This document shows positions 36,790 to 46,708 of a stretch of 64,000 nt of DNA, one piece after another; positions within the stretch are counted from its first letter, which is position 1, and each line of letters opens with the position of its first letter. Below the pieces are notes generated by a model. That model had not been told where the DNA came from, did not search any database, and saw only the letters and a list, made by a program, of their open reading frames with translations. This DNA is from Halobacteriales archaeon SW_5_70_135. Lineage in GTDB: Archaea; Halobacteriota; Halobacteria; Halobacteriales; SW-7-71-33. The stretch lies in the NCBI GenBank assembly GCA_003022865.1, contig PXSK01000036.1, positions 63,122 to 127,121 of the forward strand, given 5' to 3'. A program made the translations under genes and the position numbers.

Positions 36790-39700
36790 TCAGGCCAGCC
36801 ACTCGTCGGGTTTCGTGTCGTAGTCGACGTCGTCGGCGACGATGCCGAGCTCCTCGACGCGTTCCCAGTCGAGTTCGTCCATCTCGACGCGGTCGCCGTC
36901 GTAGCGGACCCGCAGGCCGGCCTCCTCGGGCTCGGGCTCCTTGTCCCGGCGTTTCGCCACCTCGACGTCGTGTTCGTCGACCTGCTTGACGACGGTGACG
37001 AGGTTCACCGGCCGGCCCCACAGCTCGAACACCCGTTCGAGGGTGCGCTTGGCCTGCTCGACGTCGAGCATCACGCCGTTGTAGTGGTGTGCCAGCAGCA
37101 GCTCGTTGCGGTTGCGGTAGTTGCCGTCCCTGACGGTGATCGTCGGCTTGCCGAAGTTGGTGAACTGCAGCAGCAGCTTCCGCTTGACGTCCTCGTAGTC
37201 GGTGGAGGCGACGCGGAACTGGCCCGCCGCCTGCGAGTACTCGTAGGTGAAGTACTCGTTGTCGTCGACGAACTCCTGGGTGAGGAACTCGTCGAGGAAG
37301 GTGACGTCGTTGTGGCTCTCGCGGATCTCGAACATGCGCCGCCAGCCCGCCCGGTAGTCGACGTCGGCGAGGGCCTCCTCGACGGAGTCGTAGCGGTCGT
37401 TCTCGAACATGTACCGACCGACGCGCTCGAGTTCGGACTTCGAGATCGACCCGAGAAAGCCCCGGAACTGCGGGCGCAGCAGCGAGAAGTGCCGCCACGC
37501 CAGCCCCTCGTAGCTGAGCACCTTCCACGGGTAGCGGTCGACGTCCACCTCGCCGTCGCGGGCGCGCTCTATGTTCTCGCGGTCGAGATAGCGGTCGTCG
37601 ACCGCGTCCAGCGCGTCCAGGGTCTCGTTTGTGGGCGCGGCGATCGCCTCCGGCGGGGACAGCGTCTCGAGCACGTCGTCGGCGTCGACGGCCTCGGAGA
37701 AGTTCCGCCAGGTGATCCCCTCGACCCGCAGCAGCTTCTCGACGACGGCCTCGCGGTTGGTGGTGTTCTCGACGTACTCCCACAGCTCCAGGCCGAGCTT
37801 GTAGGGGTTGAGCCCGGGCGAGCCGAGCACCTTCGCCATGTGGTCGGCGTAAGTCATGAACTCGTCCGCCTCGGCGAACCCCTCGTCGGCCATCATCTTC
37901 GACTCCCAGTAGGAGTTGTGGTTGATCAGACCGGCGGCGGCGTAGCGGTGAGTCTCCTCGACGGAAATGTCGTAGACGGTGCCGGTTCCCTCCTCGGTCG
38001 AGACGACTTCGTCCGTCCACGACTCCGTTTCGAACCAGGCGAGGTCGTCGAGATACGCCCACAGACTGTCGGCCTTCTCGTCGTATCCGAAGCCGATCTC
38101 CTCGGCGAACTCACGGGCCGACGCCCCGGTCAGGTGAACGTGGTAGCAGCCGTCGTTCTGTTCGCGGCGTCGCGTGAGCATCCCGAAGTTCGCGAGCAGG
38201 AGCTGGACCTGCTCGCTCATCTCCTCGCTGCTGGTGCTGAGGATCGCTCCCTGGCCGCCGGCGTAGCCGTCGGCGTCGAACAGTCCGCGGAGGAACTCCG
38301 CGACGACCGACCGGGGCGACCGGAGGACCGCCTCGGGGACAGTCTTCTCGTCCGAGGCGTCCCCGTCCGGTAGGTCGAGCGACGGAGCCTCGGTCAGCAT
38401 CTCGACCAGGTGCCCCGAGTAGACGTAGGTCCGCCACCGGCTACCTTGCTCCTCCACGCTGGGGTCGACGCCGAACAGCTCCGTGGCGAGTCCGGCGAAC
38501 TCCTCGGCGCGCTCGCGGCGAGCGGCGGTGAAGCCGACGTGACCCGCAGCGGTCGAGACGTGGCCGTCGCCGACGAGCAGCCCGAGCAGGCGACCGAACG
38601 CCTCGGTCACCTCGTCCGGAACACGGATCGGGTCCCGTTCCGCCACACCTCGGTTCGCCCCGTCGTACGCCTCCAGCGCCGCCTCGATCGCCTCGGCGCG
38701 CTCCGCACGGCCGACGTCGCGGTACCGCATGACCGTCCAGACGGAGACGCCGGCCTCGTCGGCGACGTCACCGAGACTGGTGTACTCGGGTGGCGACCAG
38801 TCGATCGCCGCGTAGTCGTCTGCCCAGAGACCGTCGCCGCCGGAGACCTCGATCTCGTCGCCGGGTTCCAGTTCGTCGAGCCGCACCCACGAGCCGTCCG
38901 GACGACGCACGCGGTGGTTGTTCGACCCCGTCACCTCGAACCCGCGTCGCGTCTCGACGGTGACGGTGTCGTGGTCCGGGATGACGTTCGAGTCGTACAC
39001 CTCGCGTGGTGCGTCGCCGTCCGACACCGTCGTGTGGTCATCGACCACCGCCTCCATCGGGAGCACGCCGTCGTCGGTGAACACCGGCGTCTCGGGGGCG
39101 ACACAGGCCCACCCCTCGTTAAGTATTTTTGTCATCTTCTGCGGCGCGAAATAGTACGCTTCGGCACGCAGCATCTCCAGCACGTCGCGCTGCCAGTCGG
39201 CCATCTCGACGGCCTTCCCGGCGTCGTCGTCGTACCGCTTGCCGTGGGCTCGCAGGAAGCCGAGTAGGTCCTTCTCGGGCTTCTCGGGGTACGAGCGGGC
39301 CGGCGCGTCCTCACCCTGGCCGTCGACCCACTCGTCGTCGAACACCTGCTCGCGGACCTCCTCGGAGATGTCGAGCTCGCCGAGCTGGTCGGCGACGTCC
39401 TCGTCGATGTCGTCGCCGGCGTCGTACTCGTCGAACTCGTAGCGGTCGGCCCCGAAGGAGCGGTACTGGTCGATGTTGTCCTCGAGCGCCAGCGCGTGGT
39501 CGATCCACCGCTCGACCTCGTCGCGGTCGATCGAGGGGTCGGACATGTACTCCTCGATGGCGTCGGCGTGGCGTTCGAGCATCTGGGCGGCACCGACGCC
39601 GTCGTCGAACATGCCGTACCACTCGTTGTTGGCGAAGAAGTCGGAGTGTGCCTCGACGTGGGTGATGACGGCCTTCTGGTCCGCCGTCGTGTTGGACTCC

Positions 39701-39993
39701 TGGAGGAAGGCGTTGGCGGGGTCGTCGTTGTTGACGATCTCGAAGGCCTTGCCCATGCCGTACTGGCCGCGCTTGCGGTGGCGGTCGTACTGCATCCCCC
39801 AGCGCCAGTGCGGGTAGCGCCGCTGGAAGCCGCCGTAGGCCATCAGCTCGTGCATCTCGTCGTAGTCGACTACCCAGTAGTTCACCGGGAACGGGTCGAG
39901 CCCGAGCTTGCGGGCGAGACGGTTGGCCTCCTCGACCACGCGCTCCAGGTCGCCGGCGATGCGCTGTTTCGTGAATCGTCCTGGCTGTGTCAT
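36790..39993 (-). CDS. spoVR: SpoVR/YcgB-family protein interrupted by an intein (extein about 670 aa)
   Basis: N-extein ...PQKMTKILNEGWA and C-extein SYWESKMMADEGF... rejoin into the conserved SpoVR NEGWASYW motif. It is the last gene of the prkA-yeaH-spoVR module, and its ATG lies 1 nt after the yeaH stop. Confidence 0.9.
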   Translation of the reverse strand: MTQPGRFTKQRIAGDLERVVEEANRLARKLGLDPFPVNYWVVDYDEMHELMAYGGFQRRYPHWRWGMQYDRHRKRGQYGMGKAFEIVNNDDPANAFLQESNTTADQKAVITHVEAHSDFFANNEWYGMFDDGVGAAQMLERHADAIEEYMSDPSIDRDEVERWIDHALALEDNIDQYRSFGADRYEFDEYDAGDDIDEDVADQLGELDISEEVREQVFDDEWVDGQGEDAPARSYPEKPEKDLLGFLRAHGKRYDDDAGKAVEMADWQRDVLEMLRAEAYYFAPQKMTKILNEGWACVAPETPVFTDDGVLPMEAVVDDHTTVSDGDAPREVYDSNVIPDHDTVTVETRRGFEVTGSNNHRVRRPDGSWVRLDELEPGDEIEVSGGDGLWADDYAAIDWSPPEYTSLGDVADEAGVSVWTVMRYRDVGRAERAEAIEAALEAYDGANRGVAERDPIRVPDEVTEAFGRLLGLLVGDGHVSTAAGHVGFTAARRERAEEFAGLATELFGVDPSVEEQGSRWRTYVYSGHLVEMLTEAPSLDLPDGDASDEKTVPEAVLRSPRSVVAEFLRGLFDADGYAGGQGAILSTSSEEMSEQVQLLLANFGMLTRRREQNDGCYHVHLTGASAREFAEEIGFGYDEKADSLWAYLDDLAWFETESWTDEVVSTEEGTGTVYDISVEETHRYAAAGLINHNSYWESKMMADEGFAEADEFMTYADHMAKVLGSPGLNPYKLGLELWEYVENTTNREAVVEKLLRVEGITWRNFSEAVDADDVLETLSPPEAIAAPTNETLDALDAVDDRYLDRENIERARDGEVDVDRYPWKVLSYEGLAWRHFSLLRPQFRGFLGSISKSELERVGRYMFENDRYDSVEEALADVDYRAGWRRMFEIRESHNDVTFLDEFLTQEFVDDNEYFTYEYSQAAGQFRVASTDYEDVKRKLLLQFTNFGKPTITVRDGNYRNRNELLLAHHYNGVMLDVEQAKRTLERVFELWGRPVNLVTVVKQVDEHDVEVAKRRDKEPEPEEAGLRVRYDGDRVEMDELDWERVEELGIVADDVDYDTKPDEWLA
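37915..39105 (-). other. Intein with LAGLIDADG homing-endonuclease domain (397 aa: Cys1 ... His-Asn; +1 Ser)
   Basis: Codon TGT at 39105-39103 gives Cys1 after NEGWA. Block A is CVAPETPVFTDDG, block B GFEVTGSNNHRV. The LAGLIDADG motifs are LLGLLVGDGHV and FLRGLFDADGYA. Block F is VYDISVEETHRYAAAG. Block G is LINHN (AAC at 37917-37915), followed by Ser (TCC). Confidence 0.88.
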
Positions 39994-39994
39994 G

Positions 39995-41296
39995 TCACTG
40001 TGCCTCCGTCGAGAGGATCTCGTAGATGGCGTCGGTGACGTCCTCCGGGCCGGCCACGTACGCCACCGCGACGTCCGAGCTGCCCCCGAAGTGACGCTCG
40101 ACCTCCTCGGCGTGGGTGGCGTTGATCGCGTTGCCGCTCGGCTGCGTTTCGACGTACGCGTGGAGGTTCGCGGGGATCTGCTCCATCAGCGGGATCACCC
40201 GCTCTTCGGTGTCGTTCGAGGAGTTCTCGGAGTCGCCCGCCGCGAACACGTAGCGGTTCCAGTCGTCGAAGGGGTACTGCTCCAACAGCTCCGCGGCGAG
40301 GTCGTACGCGCTCGAAATCTTGGTGCCGCCGCCGGAGCGGATGCCGAAGAACTCCTCGCGCTCGACCTCCCAGGCCTCGGCGTCGTGGGCGATGTAGACG
40401 AACTCGGCGTTGTCGTACTTGCCCTGTAAATACCAGTCGAGCGGCGTGAACGTGCGCTCGACCAGCTCGCGTTTCTTCTCTCGCATCGAGCCGGAGACGT
40501 CGCGGACGTTGACGACGACGACGTTCCTCTCGCGCTCCTCGACGGTCTGCGGGTGGCGATAGCGTTCGTCCTCCCGCCTGAACGGGACGTGGTCGATCCC
40601 CCCGGCACGGATGCGCTCGGTCGTCGAGGTGTAGTCGTTCGCCGCCTCGAACTCGTCCAGTGAGGCGTACGCCGAGCGCTCCTCGCGGGGGATCTCGTCG
40701 TACGCCTCGGTGAGCCAGGCCTTCGAGACGGGCACCGAGTCCTCGCGGGCGTACTCGAAGGCCCGCGACGGGCCGACGCCCGCCACCCGCAGCAGCTCGC
40801 GGAGGTACTCCTCGTCGAAGTCCATCGCCAGCTTGCGTTTCAGGCCGCGCTTGAACATCCGCTCGAAGTCGAGCGTGGAGTCCGGACCGGTCCGCGTCAG
40901 CTCGGTGTACGGTCCGTCCTTCTCCTCGACGACGCGTTTACCCTTCGGCTCCAGCTCCAGGCCGAGCTCCTCGTCGAGCTCCTCGGCGAACTCCTCGGGG
41001 TCCATCTCGTAGTACTCGTGCTCGCCGTCCTCCTCGCCGGGCTCGCCGCCCTCCTCGCCCCCTGGTTGGGGCTGGGGCTCCCCGACGGGGTCGCCGACGT
41101 CGGCGTCGCCCTGGCCGACCCCGCCCTGGTCGCGGCGGTCGTACTCGAACTCCGGCAGGTCGACGATCTTGATCGGCACGCGCACCTCGTCCGGCAGCGA
41201 CTCGCCCAGGTCGCCGTACTGGATGAACTCCGAGAGGTCCTCGCGGTTGTGCTCGCCCACCTCCCGAAAGCGGTCGAGGTCGTCTCTCAGTCCCAT
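39995..41296 (-). CDS. YeaH/YhbH family protein (DUF444/UPF0229, vWA-like)
   Basis: Trimmed to ATG 41296 ([13 protein letters not shown]...). Has a MIDAS-like [13 protein letters not shown]. Conserved partner of PrkA and SpoVR. Overlaps the prkA2 end by 10 nt. Confidence 0.85.
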   Translation of the reverse strand: MGLRDDLDRFREVGEHNREDLSEFIQYGDLGESLPDEVRVPIKIVDLPEFEYDRRDQGGVGQGDADVGDPVGEPQPQPGGEEGGEPGEEDGEHEYYEMDPEEFAEELDEELGLELEPKGKRVVEEKDGPYTELTRTGPDSTLDFERMFKRGLKRKLAMDFDEEYLRELLRVAGVGPSRAFEYAREDSVPVSKAWLTEAYDEIPREERSAYASLDEFEAANDYTSTTERIRAGGIDHVPFRREDERYRHPQTVEERERNVVVVNVRDVSGSMREKKRELVERTFTPLDWYLQGKYDNAEFVYIAHDAEAWEVEREEFFGIRSGGGTKISSAYDLAAELLEQYPFDDWNRYVFAAGDSENSSNDTEERVIPLMEQIPANLHAYVETQPSGNAINATHAEEVERHFGGSSDVAVAYVAGPEDVTDAIYEILSTEAQ

Positions 41297-43701
41297 CGGT
41301 AGCTCACCTGGCCCATGACGTGCCGGCTCGTCAGCTCGGCGGAGGCCGGCGAGTAGTCGAACAGTTCCATCATGCGCTCGACGGTCTGCTCCTTGACCGC
41401 CGCCGTCTCCGTGCCGGAGGGCGGGTCGTCCCACTGGCGCGGGTCCAGGTCCTCGTGGATGCGGGCGACGTCGTCCCAGTCGTTGGTTTCGAGCACCGAA
41501 CGGATGACGGGGATGTCCGTGAGGTCGACGGCGTCGGCGGAGAAGTTCTCGCCGCGCTGCTCCCAGGCGTGGCGGTTCACCGCCGTGATCACCTTCTGCT
41601 CGCGGAACTGCTCGACCGCCGACGAGGGACTGTTGCCGTCGTAGCTCTCCTCGCCGAACCGTCCCAGATGTTCGGTCTCGAACAGTTTCATCTTCAGCGG
41701 GTTCGGCTCGACGCGCTCGCCGCGGTCGTTTTCGAGGGTCTCGTCGGTGCCCCAGGCGTAGACGTGCTCGACGTACTCGGCGACGGTCGTCTCGTCGACG
41801 CGGCGGTCGTGCATCATCGCGTCGAGCACGTCCGCCTCCTGGCGCTCGAAGACGTGGTTTTTCACCGGCACGACGCGGTTCTCGAACTCCGTGCGCTCGC
41901 CCGGCGAGAACACCGGCGCCTCGGCGAGCCCCTCGGCCATCTCGTTGAGTACGTCACGGGGCATGATCACGTCCTCGACCCCGAGCTCGGGGTGGTGACG
42001 GTCGCGGTCGGTCTGCAACAGGTCGGCGACCACGTCCCGGGTATACGTCACCGGCACGCCGTGGTCGCCGTCGCGGGCGTCGTCGTCGAACTCGAAGTCC
42101 TCGACGTGGCGGCGCTCGTCGCCCTCCTGGAGGTAGCCCCGGTCGAACAGCAGTGCCTTGTCCACCAGGTCGAGCCCGGCCGGCAGGTCCTCCTCGTCCA
42201 GCCGGGTGACGACGGCGTACAGCGCCGCCGCCTCGACGGCGTGGGGCGCGATCTCGCGGTCGCTCACCGAACCGGCGGCGTCTTTCACCGTCATGGAGAC
42301 GGGCTCGCGGATCCGCGCCTCGAGTTCGGCGTAGTCCCCGGCGTCCCAGACGTCGGTCTCGCCGGTGAGCTCCCGCCTGACGAGTTCGGTCTCCAGCGAG
42401 AGGTTCGTCAGGTAGACGAAACGGTGCCGGTCGAGTCGTCGCTTCAGGGCCTTCAGCGGGTCGCGACCGCCCTGTTCGGCGTGCTGGTTCAGCTGCGCTT
42501 CGAGGTCGGGGTTCGAGATGATCACCAGCTGGGTGTCGATGTCCATCCCGATGCCCTTGTCCAGCTTCACCGTCCCCTCGTCGGGGACGTTCAGCAGCTT
42601 CCGCAGCAGGTCGGCATGCTGGGCGGCGTCCTCGACGACGGTGAGACAGCCGTTGCCCTGCGAGAGCACGCCGTCGTAGGAGAACGCCTGTGGGTTCTTC
42701 CGACCCCGCGAGCCCAGCTCCTGGAGCATCCCGCGCATCCAGGAGCCGACGAGTCGCTCCTTCGGGGGACCCTCGTCCTCGCTGTGGAGCACCCCGACGC
42801 CCTGGTCGACGTCGACGACGTAGTTCTTCACCCGGAGGTGTGCGTCGTCGGTGATCGCCGAAAAGAGGTCCTCGACGCCGTCGCGGCGGTACTGCTCCTC
42901 CAGGTACTCGTAGGCCTCCCGCGAGAACGGGTCGAGCCGGCCCTCGACGCGGACGGGAATGTGGTCCGCACTCGTCTCGTTCAGCCTGGCGAGCAGGTCA
43001 CGGCGCACCTCGGGCGGAAACACCGTCAGCGGGTGTGCCTGTACGGGGGACTCGTACCAGTCGTCCTCGCTGGTGACCTCGTCGGCGTACGAGAGCCCAC
43101 GGGAGTCGCCGCCGGCGGCGACGTTCCACTCGACGGTGTAGCGGCGTCCCTCGGGCGTCTTCGAGTACTCGCGCAGACCGTTGATCAGACAGCGCTTCAG
43201 CTCCGATTTCCCGGTCGCCGTCGGGCCGTCGAACCAGACGATCTTCTCGTCCTTGCCGCGACCGGCGGCGATCGAGCGCAGGTCGTCGACGAAGGCGTTC
43301 AGCGTCTCCGTGTTGCCGAGAATGGCGTGTTCGCCGTCGTTGTGCGGGTCGTCGAAGAAGCGGTACCGCTCCTTCCGTTCGCCCTCCTCGACGACGGTAC
43401 GCGTGCCCGCGGCCTCGATCGCCTCCAGCAGGTACTTCGAGGCCTGGGAGGCGATCGAGGGCTCCTCGAAGACGCGGTCGACGTACGCCGACAGCGACAT
43501 CGGCGCCTCGTAGGTGGCCGACAGCGCCTCGTCGGCGGCGTCGACGTAGGCACCACCGCCGGGGTCGGCCGCGTCGCGGTCGCTGCCGTGCACTCGACGG
43601 CCGAGGCCGCCGTCCCCGTGGTCGCGGTCGCGGTTGCGGTCGCGGTCGCCGTCGCTGTCGCGGCTACGGTCACGGTCGCCGTTCCGGTCGGTGTCGCTCA
43701 T
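41287..43701 (-). CDS. PrkA-family AAA-type protein kinase paralogue 2 (804 aa) with N-terminal Asp/Arg low-complexity region
   Basis: ATG 43701 shares a T with the prkA1 TGA (ATGA). Walker [15 protein letters not shown]. PrkA-like N-terminal and C-terminal domains. N-terminus is [32 protein letters not shown]. Confidence 0.8.
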   Translation of the reverse strand: MSDTDRNGDRDRSRDSDGDRDRNRDRDHGDGGLGRRVHGSDRDAADPGGGAYVDAADEALSATYEAPMSLSAYVDRVFEEPSIASQASKYLLEAIEAAGTRTVVEEGERKERYRFFDDPHNDGEHAILGNTETLNAFVDDLRSIAAGRGKDEKIVWFDGPTATGKSELKRCLINGLREYSKTPEGRRYTVEWNVAAGGDSRGLSYADEVTSEDDWYESPVQAHPLTVFPPEVRRDLLARLNETSADHIPVRVEGRLDPFSREAYEYLEEQYRRDGVEDLFSAITDDAHLRVKNYVVDVDQGVGVLHSEDEGPPKERLVGSWMRGMLQELGSRGRKNPQAFSYDGVLSQGNGCLTVVEDAAQHADLLRKLLNVPDEGTVKLDKGIGMDIDTQLVIISNPDLEAQLNQHAEQGGRDPLKALKRRLDRHRFVYLTNLSLETELVRRELTGETDVWDAGDYAELEARIREPVSMTVKDAAGSVSDREIAPHAVEAAALYAVVTRLDEEDLPAGLDLVDKALLFDRGYLQEGDERRHVEDFEFDDDARDGDHGVPVTYTRDVVADLLQTDRDRHHPELGVEDVIMPRDVLNEMAEGLAEAPVFSPGERTEFENRVVPVKNHVFERQEADVLDAMMHDRRVDETTVAEYVEHVYAWGTDETLENDRGERVEPNPLKMKLFETEHLGRFGEESYDGNSPSSAVEQFREQKVITAVNRHAWEQRGENFSADAVDLTDIPVIRSVLETNDWDDVARIHEDLDPRQWDDPPSGTETAAVKEQTVERMMELFDYSPASAELTSRHVMGQVSYRWD

Positions 43702-45773
43702 CAGTTCTCCATCTCGGTCTTGGCGACCTCCGCGCCGGCGAACTCGAGCACCTCGCGGGCGCCCTCCTCGGAGTAGCCCTGGTCGGTCAGCGCCTCGACC
43801 CAGGCGTTGCGCTCCTCGTCGTCGTACTCGTTCGTGGAGACCAGCGCCGAGAAGTTGATGTTGTGTTTCTTGTCCTCCCACAGCTTGCGTTCGAGCGCAC
43901 GCCGCAGCCGCTCGTTGTCCGTCGGGTCGAAGGCCTCCCCCTCCCGCGCCCGGCGGGACACCCAGTTCGAGACCTCCTGCCGGAAGTCGTCTTTCCGGTC
44001 TTCGGGCAGGTCGAGCTTCTCCTCGACCGAGCGGAGGAACGTCTCGTCCGGCTCCTGCTCCCGGCCGGTGAGTTCGTCCTCGACGGTGGCGTCGTCGATG
44101 TACGCCATCACGTGGTCCATGTACTTCTCGCCCTGGCGCTGGATCTCGTCGACGTCGTACGCCAGTGCGTGGCGCACGTCGTCGATGGCGCGCTCCTTGT
44201 ACTCCTCGCGGACCGTCTCCAGGTAGCGGTAGTACGTCTCGAAGTTCTCCTCGGGGATCGAGCCGTGGTGTTCGAGGTTCTCCTCGAAGTGGTTGAAGAC
44301 GGTCAGCGGCGAGAGAAAGCCCCGGTCGCGGTGTTTGGAGTCCATGATCGCCTCGGCGATCTCGTCGCCGATGAACCGCGGGGAGACGCCCTCCATCCCC
44401 TCGCCGATCTCGGCGGTGCGCTCGGCCTCCTCGCGCAGCTTGCGCAGGTCGATGTCCTCGGACTCGTCGACGTCGCCGTTGTACGCCTTCGCTTTCTGGA
44501 CCAGGCCGACGGTCTCGGAGTCGGGCTCCTCGACCCGGGTGAGCACGCCGAACAGCCCGGCCATTTCGAGGGTGTGCGGTTCGACGTCGATGTCGGGCAC
44601 GTCGGCGTTGCGCAGCATCTTCCGGTAGATCTGCGCCTCGTCGTCGTAGCCGAGCACGTAGGGGAAGTCGATCCGCTTCGTGCGGTCGTTGAACGCCTCC
44701 ATCTTCTCGTCGCCCTTCTTGTCCTTGTACTCGGGCATGTTCGTCCGCCCGACGATCACCTGGTCGATGTCGATGCGAGGGTTGTTCTGGGGCTTGACGG
44801 TCTGCTCCTGGGTGGCGTGCAGGAAGTCGTAGAGGAACTCCCGCTGGAGCTTCAGCAGCTCCTCGCCGGAGAAGACCCCGCGGTTCGCGTTGCAGAACGC
44901 GCCGGAGTAGTCGAACGCCCGCGGGTCGCTCTCGCCGTAGACGGCGATCTTCGAGTAGTTGACGTCGCCGGTGAGCTCGGTCTCGTCCTGGTTTTTCTTG
45001 TCCTTCGGCTCGAACGTCTCCAGGGCCTGGCGCTTGTTCTCGTCGGCGATCAGGCGGACGACCTCGACGTGGTTCTCGAGGACGGCCTGCAGGTCGTCGT
45101 CGTAGTGTGCGAGCAGCCGGTCCATGTACAGCTCGCTCTCGGGGTCGAGCGACTGCTCGTTGCGGATCGTGTAGGGGGCGTCGAGCTCCTCGTTGAGCCC
45201 CTCGACGACCCGCTCGCGCTGCTCGACCGGCAGCAGCACCAGCGGGTCCTGGTTCATCGGCGACCGTACCGTGTCGTCGGCGGGGTCCTGGTCGCCGACG
45301 ACCGAACAGAGGTCGACCCACCGGAACGTGTACATCCGGCCCTCCTCGCGCATCGTGTAGTCCTCGAAGTACTTGCGGATCTGGCGGTCGAAGTGTGACT
45401 TGCCGGAGCCGACCGGCCCCAGGAGGAGCTTGATGCGCCGCTCCGGTCCCAGGCTGCGGGCGCCCGACTTCACCTTGTTGACGAACTCGTGGATCGCCTC
45501 GTGGATGACCCGCCCGTAGAAGGTGTTCTCGCCGTCGTTCAGCGGGTCCTCGCTGGCGAGGCGGTACTCGACGACGCCGTCTTCCTCGTCGTACTCCGTG
45601 CCGTAATAGTCGAACATGTCCGCCACGCGCTGGTTGGCGTTGCGGGCGACGGTCGGGTCGTCGTACAGTTCGTCGAGATACCACTCGAAGCTCTTCGTCT
45701 CCCGCAGGTCCTCGGGCATCGAGGCCTGGTAGCTCTCACTCAGGTCAGCGAGCGTGTCGGTGTTTCTGCTCAT
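43701..45773 (-). CDS. prkA: PrkA/YeaG-family serine protein kinase (690 aa)
   Basis: ATG 45773 (MSRNTDTLADLSESYQ...). Walker A LLGPVGSGKSHF. Collinear resemblance to YeaG/PrkA (FYGRVIHEAIHEFVNK..., GVFSGEELLKLQREFLYDFL...). The track ORF upstream extension is junk. Confidence 0.88.
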   Translation of the reverse strand: MSRNTDTLADLSESYQASMPEDLRETKSFEWYLDELYDDPTVARNANQRVADMFDYYGTEYDEEDGVVEYRLASEDPLNDGENTFYGRVIHEAIHEFVNKVKSGARSLGPERRIKLLLGPVGSGKSHFDRQIRKYFEDYTMREEGRMYTFRWVDLCSVVGDQDPADDTVRSPMNQDPLVLLPVEQRERVVEGLNEELDAPYTIRNEQSLDPESELYMDRLLAHYDDDLQAVLENHVEVVRLIADENKRQALETFEPKDKKNQDETELTGDVNYSKIAVYGESDPRAFDYSGAFCNANRGVFSGEELLKLQREFLYDFLHATQEQTVKPQNNPRIDIDQVIVGRTNMPEYKDKKGDEKMEAFNDRTKRIDFPYVLGYDDEAQIYRKMLRNADVPDIDVEPHTLEMAGLFGVLTRVEEPDSETVGLVQKAKAYNGDVDESEDIDLRKLREEAERTAEIGEGMEGVSPRFIGDEIAEAIMDSKHRDRGFLSPLTVFNHFEENLEHHGSIPEENFETYYRYLETVREEYKERAIDDVRHALAYDVDEIQRQGEKYMDHVMAYIDDATVEDELTGREQEPDETFLRSVEEKLDLPEDRKDDFRQEVSNWVSRRAREGEAFDPTDNERLRRALERKLWEDKKHNINFSALVSTNEYDDEERNAWVEALTDQGYSEEGAREVLEFAGAEVAKTEMEN

Positions 45774-46178
45774 GGTCTTGTGGACGTTCGAGTCGCCCCA
45801 CCGGCCGGCGTCGTGTCCGGCGGCGCCGGCCGGCCGTGCGTCCCCGGGGCGGAGAGGGGAGCGCGGTCCCGTCCGCCGTGGCCGCCGCCGCGGGCGACTG
45901 CGGACAGACGCTCGTGCGCGTGCGGGGTGTGACCGGTCATCTCGTTCCCGGTCGCCGGACCGCCCCACGGAGCGAGGCGTTCGCGGGGAAGCGGGCGGCG
46001 CCCGATACCGTCTTACCCGTCGGGGACCGACCGACTTAAGCCCTGGCTCACCCCTCGGGACACGTATGTATCGAACCGAAGCACGACCGCGGCCGGGCAG
46101 GGGGGTCGCCGCCGCGAGCGCCGCGGGCCGGTCGGCGCGGACCGGGAGCGCCAAGTCGGCGGCCCCTCGACGGCGTCC

Positions 46179-46577
46179 ATGAGCGAGGGCGCCCTCTCGG
46201 AGCTCCCCGAGAGCTGGACGTTGTGGAGCGAGAGCGAGGACGGCCGCCTCGTCCTCGCCTACCGGCCCGACGTGTTCGACTCCGAGACGTTCCCCGCGCC
46301 CTGTCTCCCGACGCTGTACGTCACTCGCGGCCCCAGGAAGCGACGCCGCCCGCCCGGCGAGCGACCGCGACTCCGCGAGGACTGGCACGTCACTCTCTAC
46401 CTGGAGCCGGAGGTGAGTGCGCCGAGTCGCTCCCGCGGCCGGCGGGACGAGGCGGTCGCCGTCGCCGTCGAGTGGGCCCGCGAGTTCGACCGCGGCGACG
46501 TCGACTACCGCGACCTCTACCGGGTCCCGCGCGAGCGGTATCTCGACCGACTCGACGGGCTAACGGGCCGGGAGTGA
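46179..46577 (+). CDS. Hypothetical protein (132 aa)
   Basis: Track ORF MSEGALSELPESWTLWSESEDGRLVLAYRPDVFDS... with plausible composition. No family recognised. Confidence 0.55.
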   Translation: MSEGALSELPESWTLWSESEDGRLVLAYRPDVFDSETFPAPCLPTLYVTRGPRKRRRPPGERPRLREDWHVTLYLEPEVSAPSRSRGRRDEAVAVAVEWAREFDRGDVDYRDLYRVPRERYLDRLDGLTGRE

Positions 46578-46708
46578 CCGGGCGACGGTCGTCGGGACGC
46601 GACCGGACACCCACACTACGGACGGAGCGGCCGCTCATCGGGCGGGCTCGCGACACGCCCTCTCGCGACCCGTGCCGACGGTCGAACTGTCGTCGGTGCG
46701 GACGGCAG

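Noticed and set aside
41320-45398. Plus-strand ORFs 41320..43776 (818 aa) and 43863..45398 (511 aa)
   Set aside because: They are antisense to the two PrkA-family genes. The composition is Val/Leu/Asp/Gly-rich mirror-frame, with no recognisable domains.
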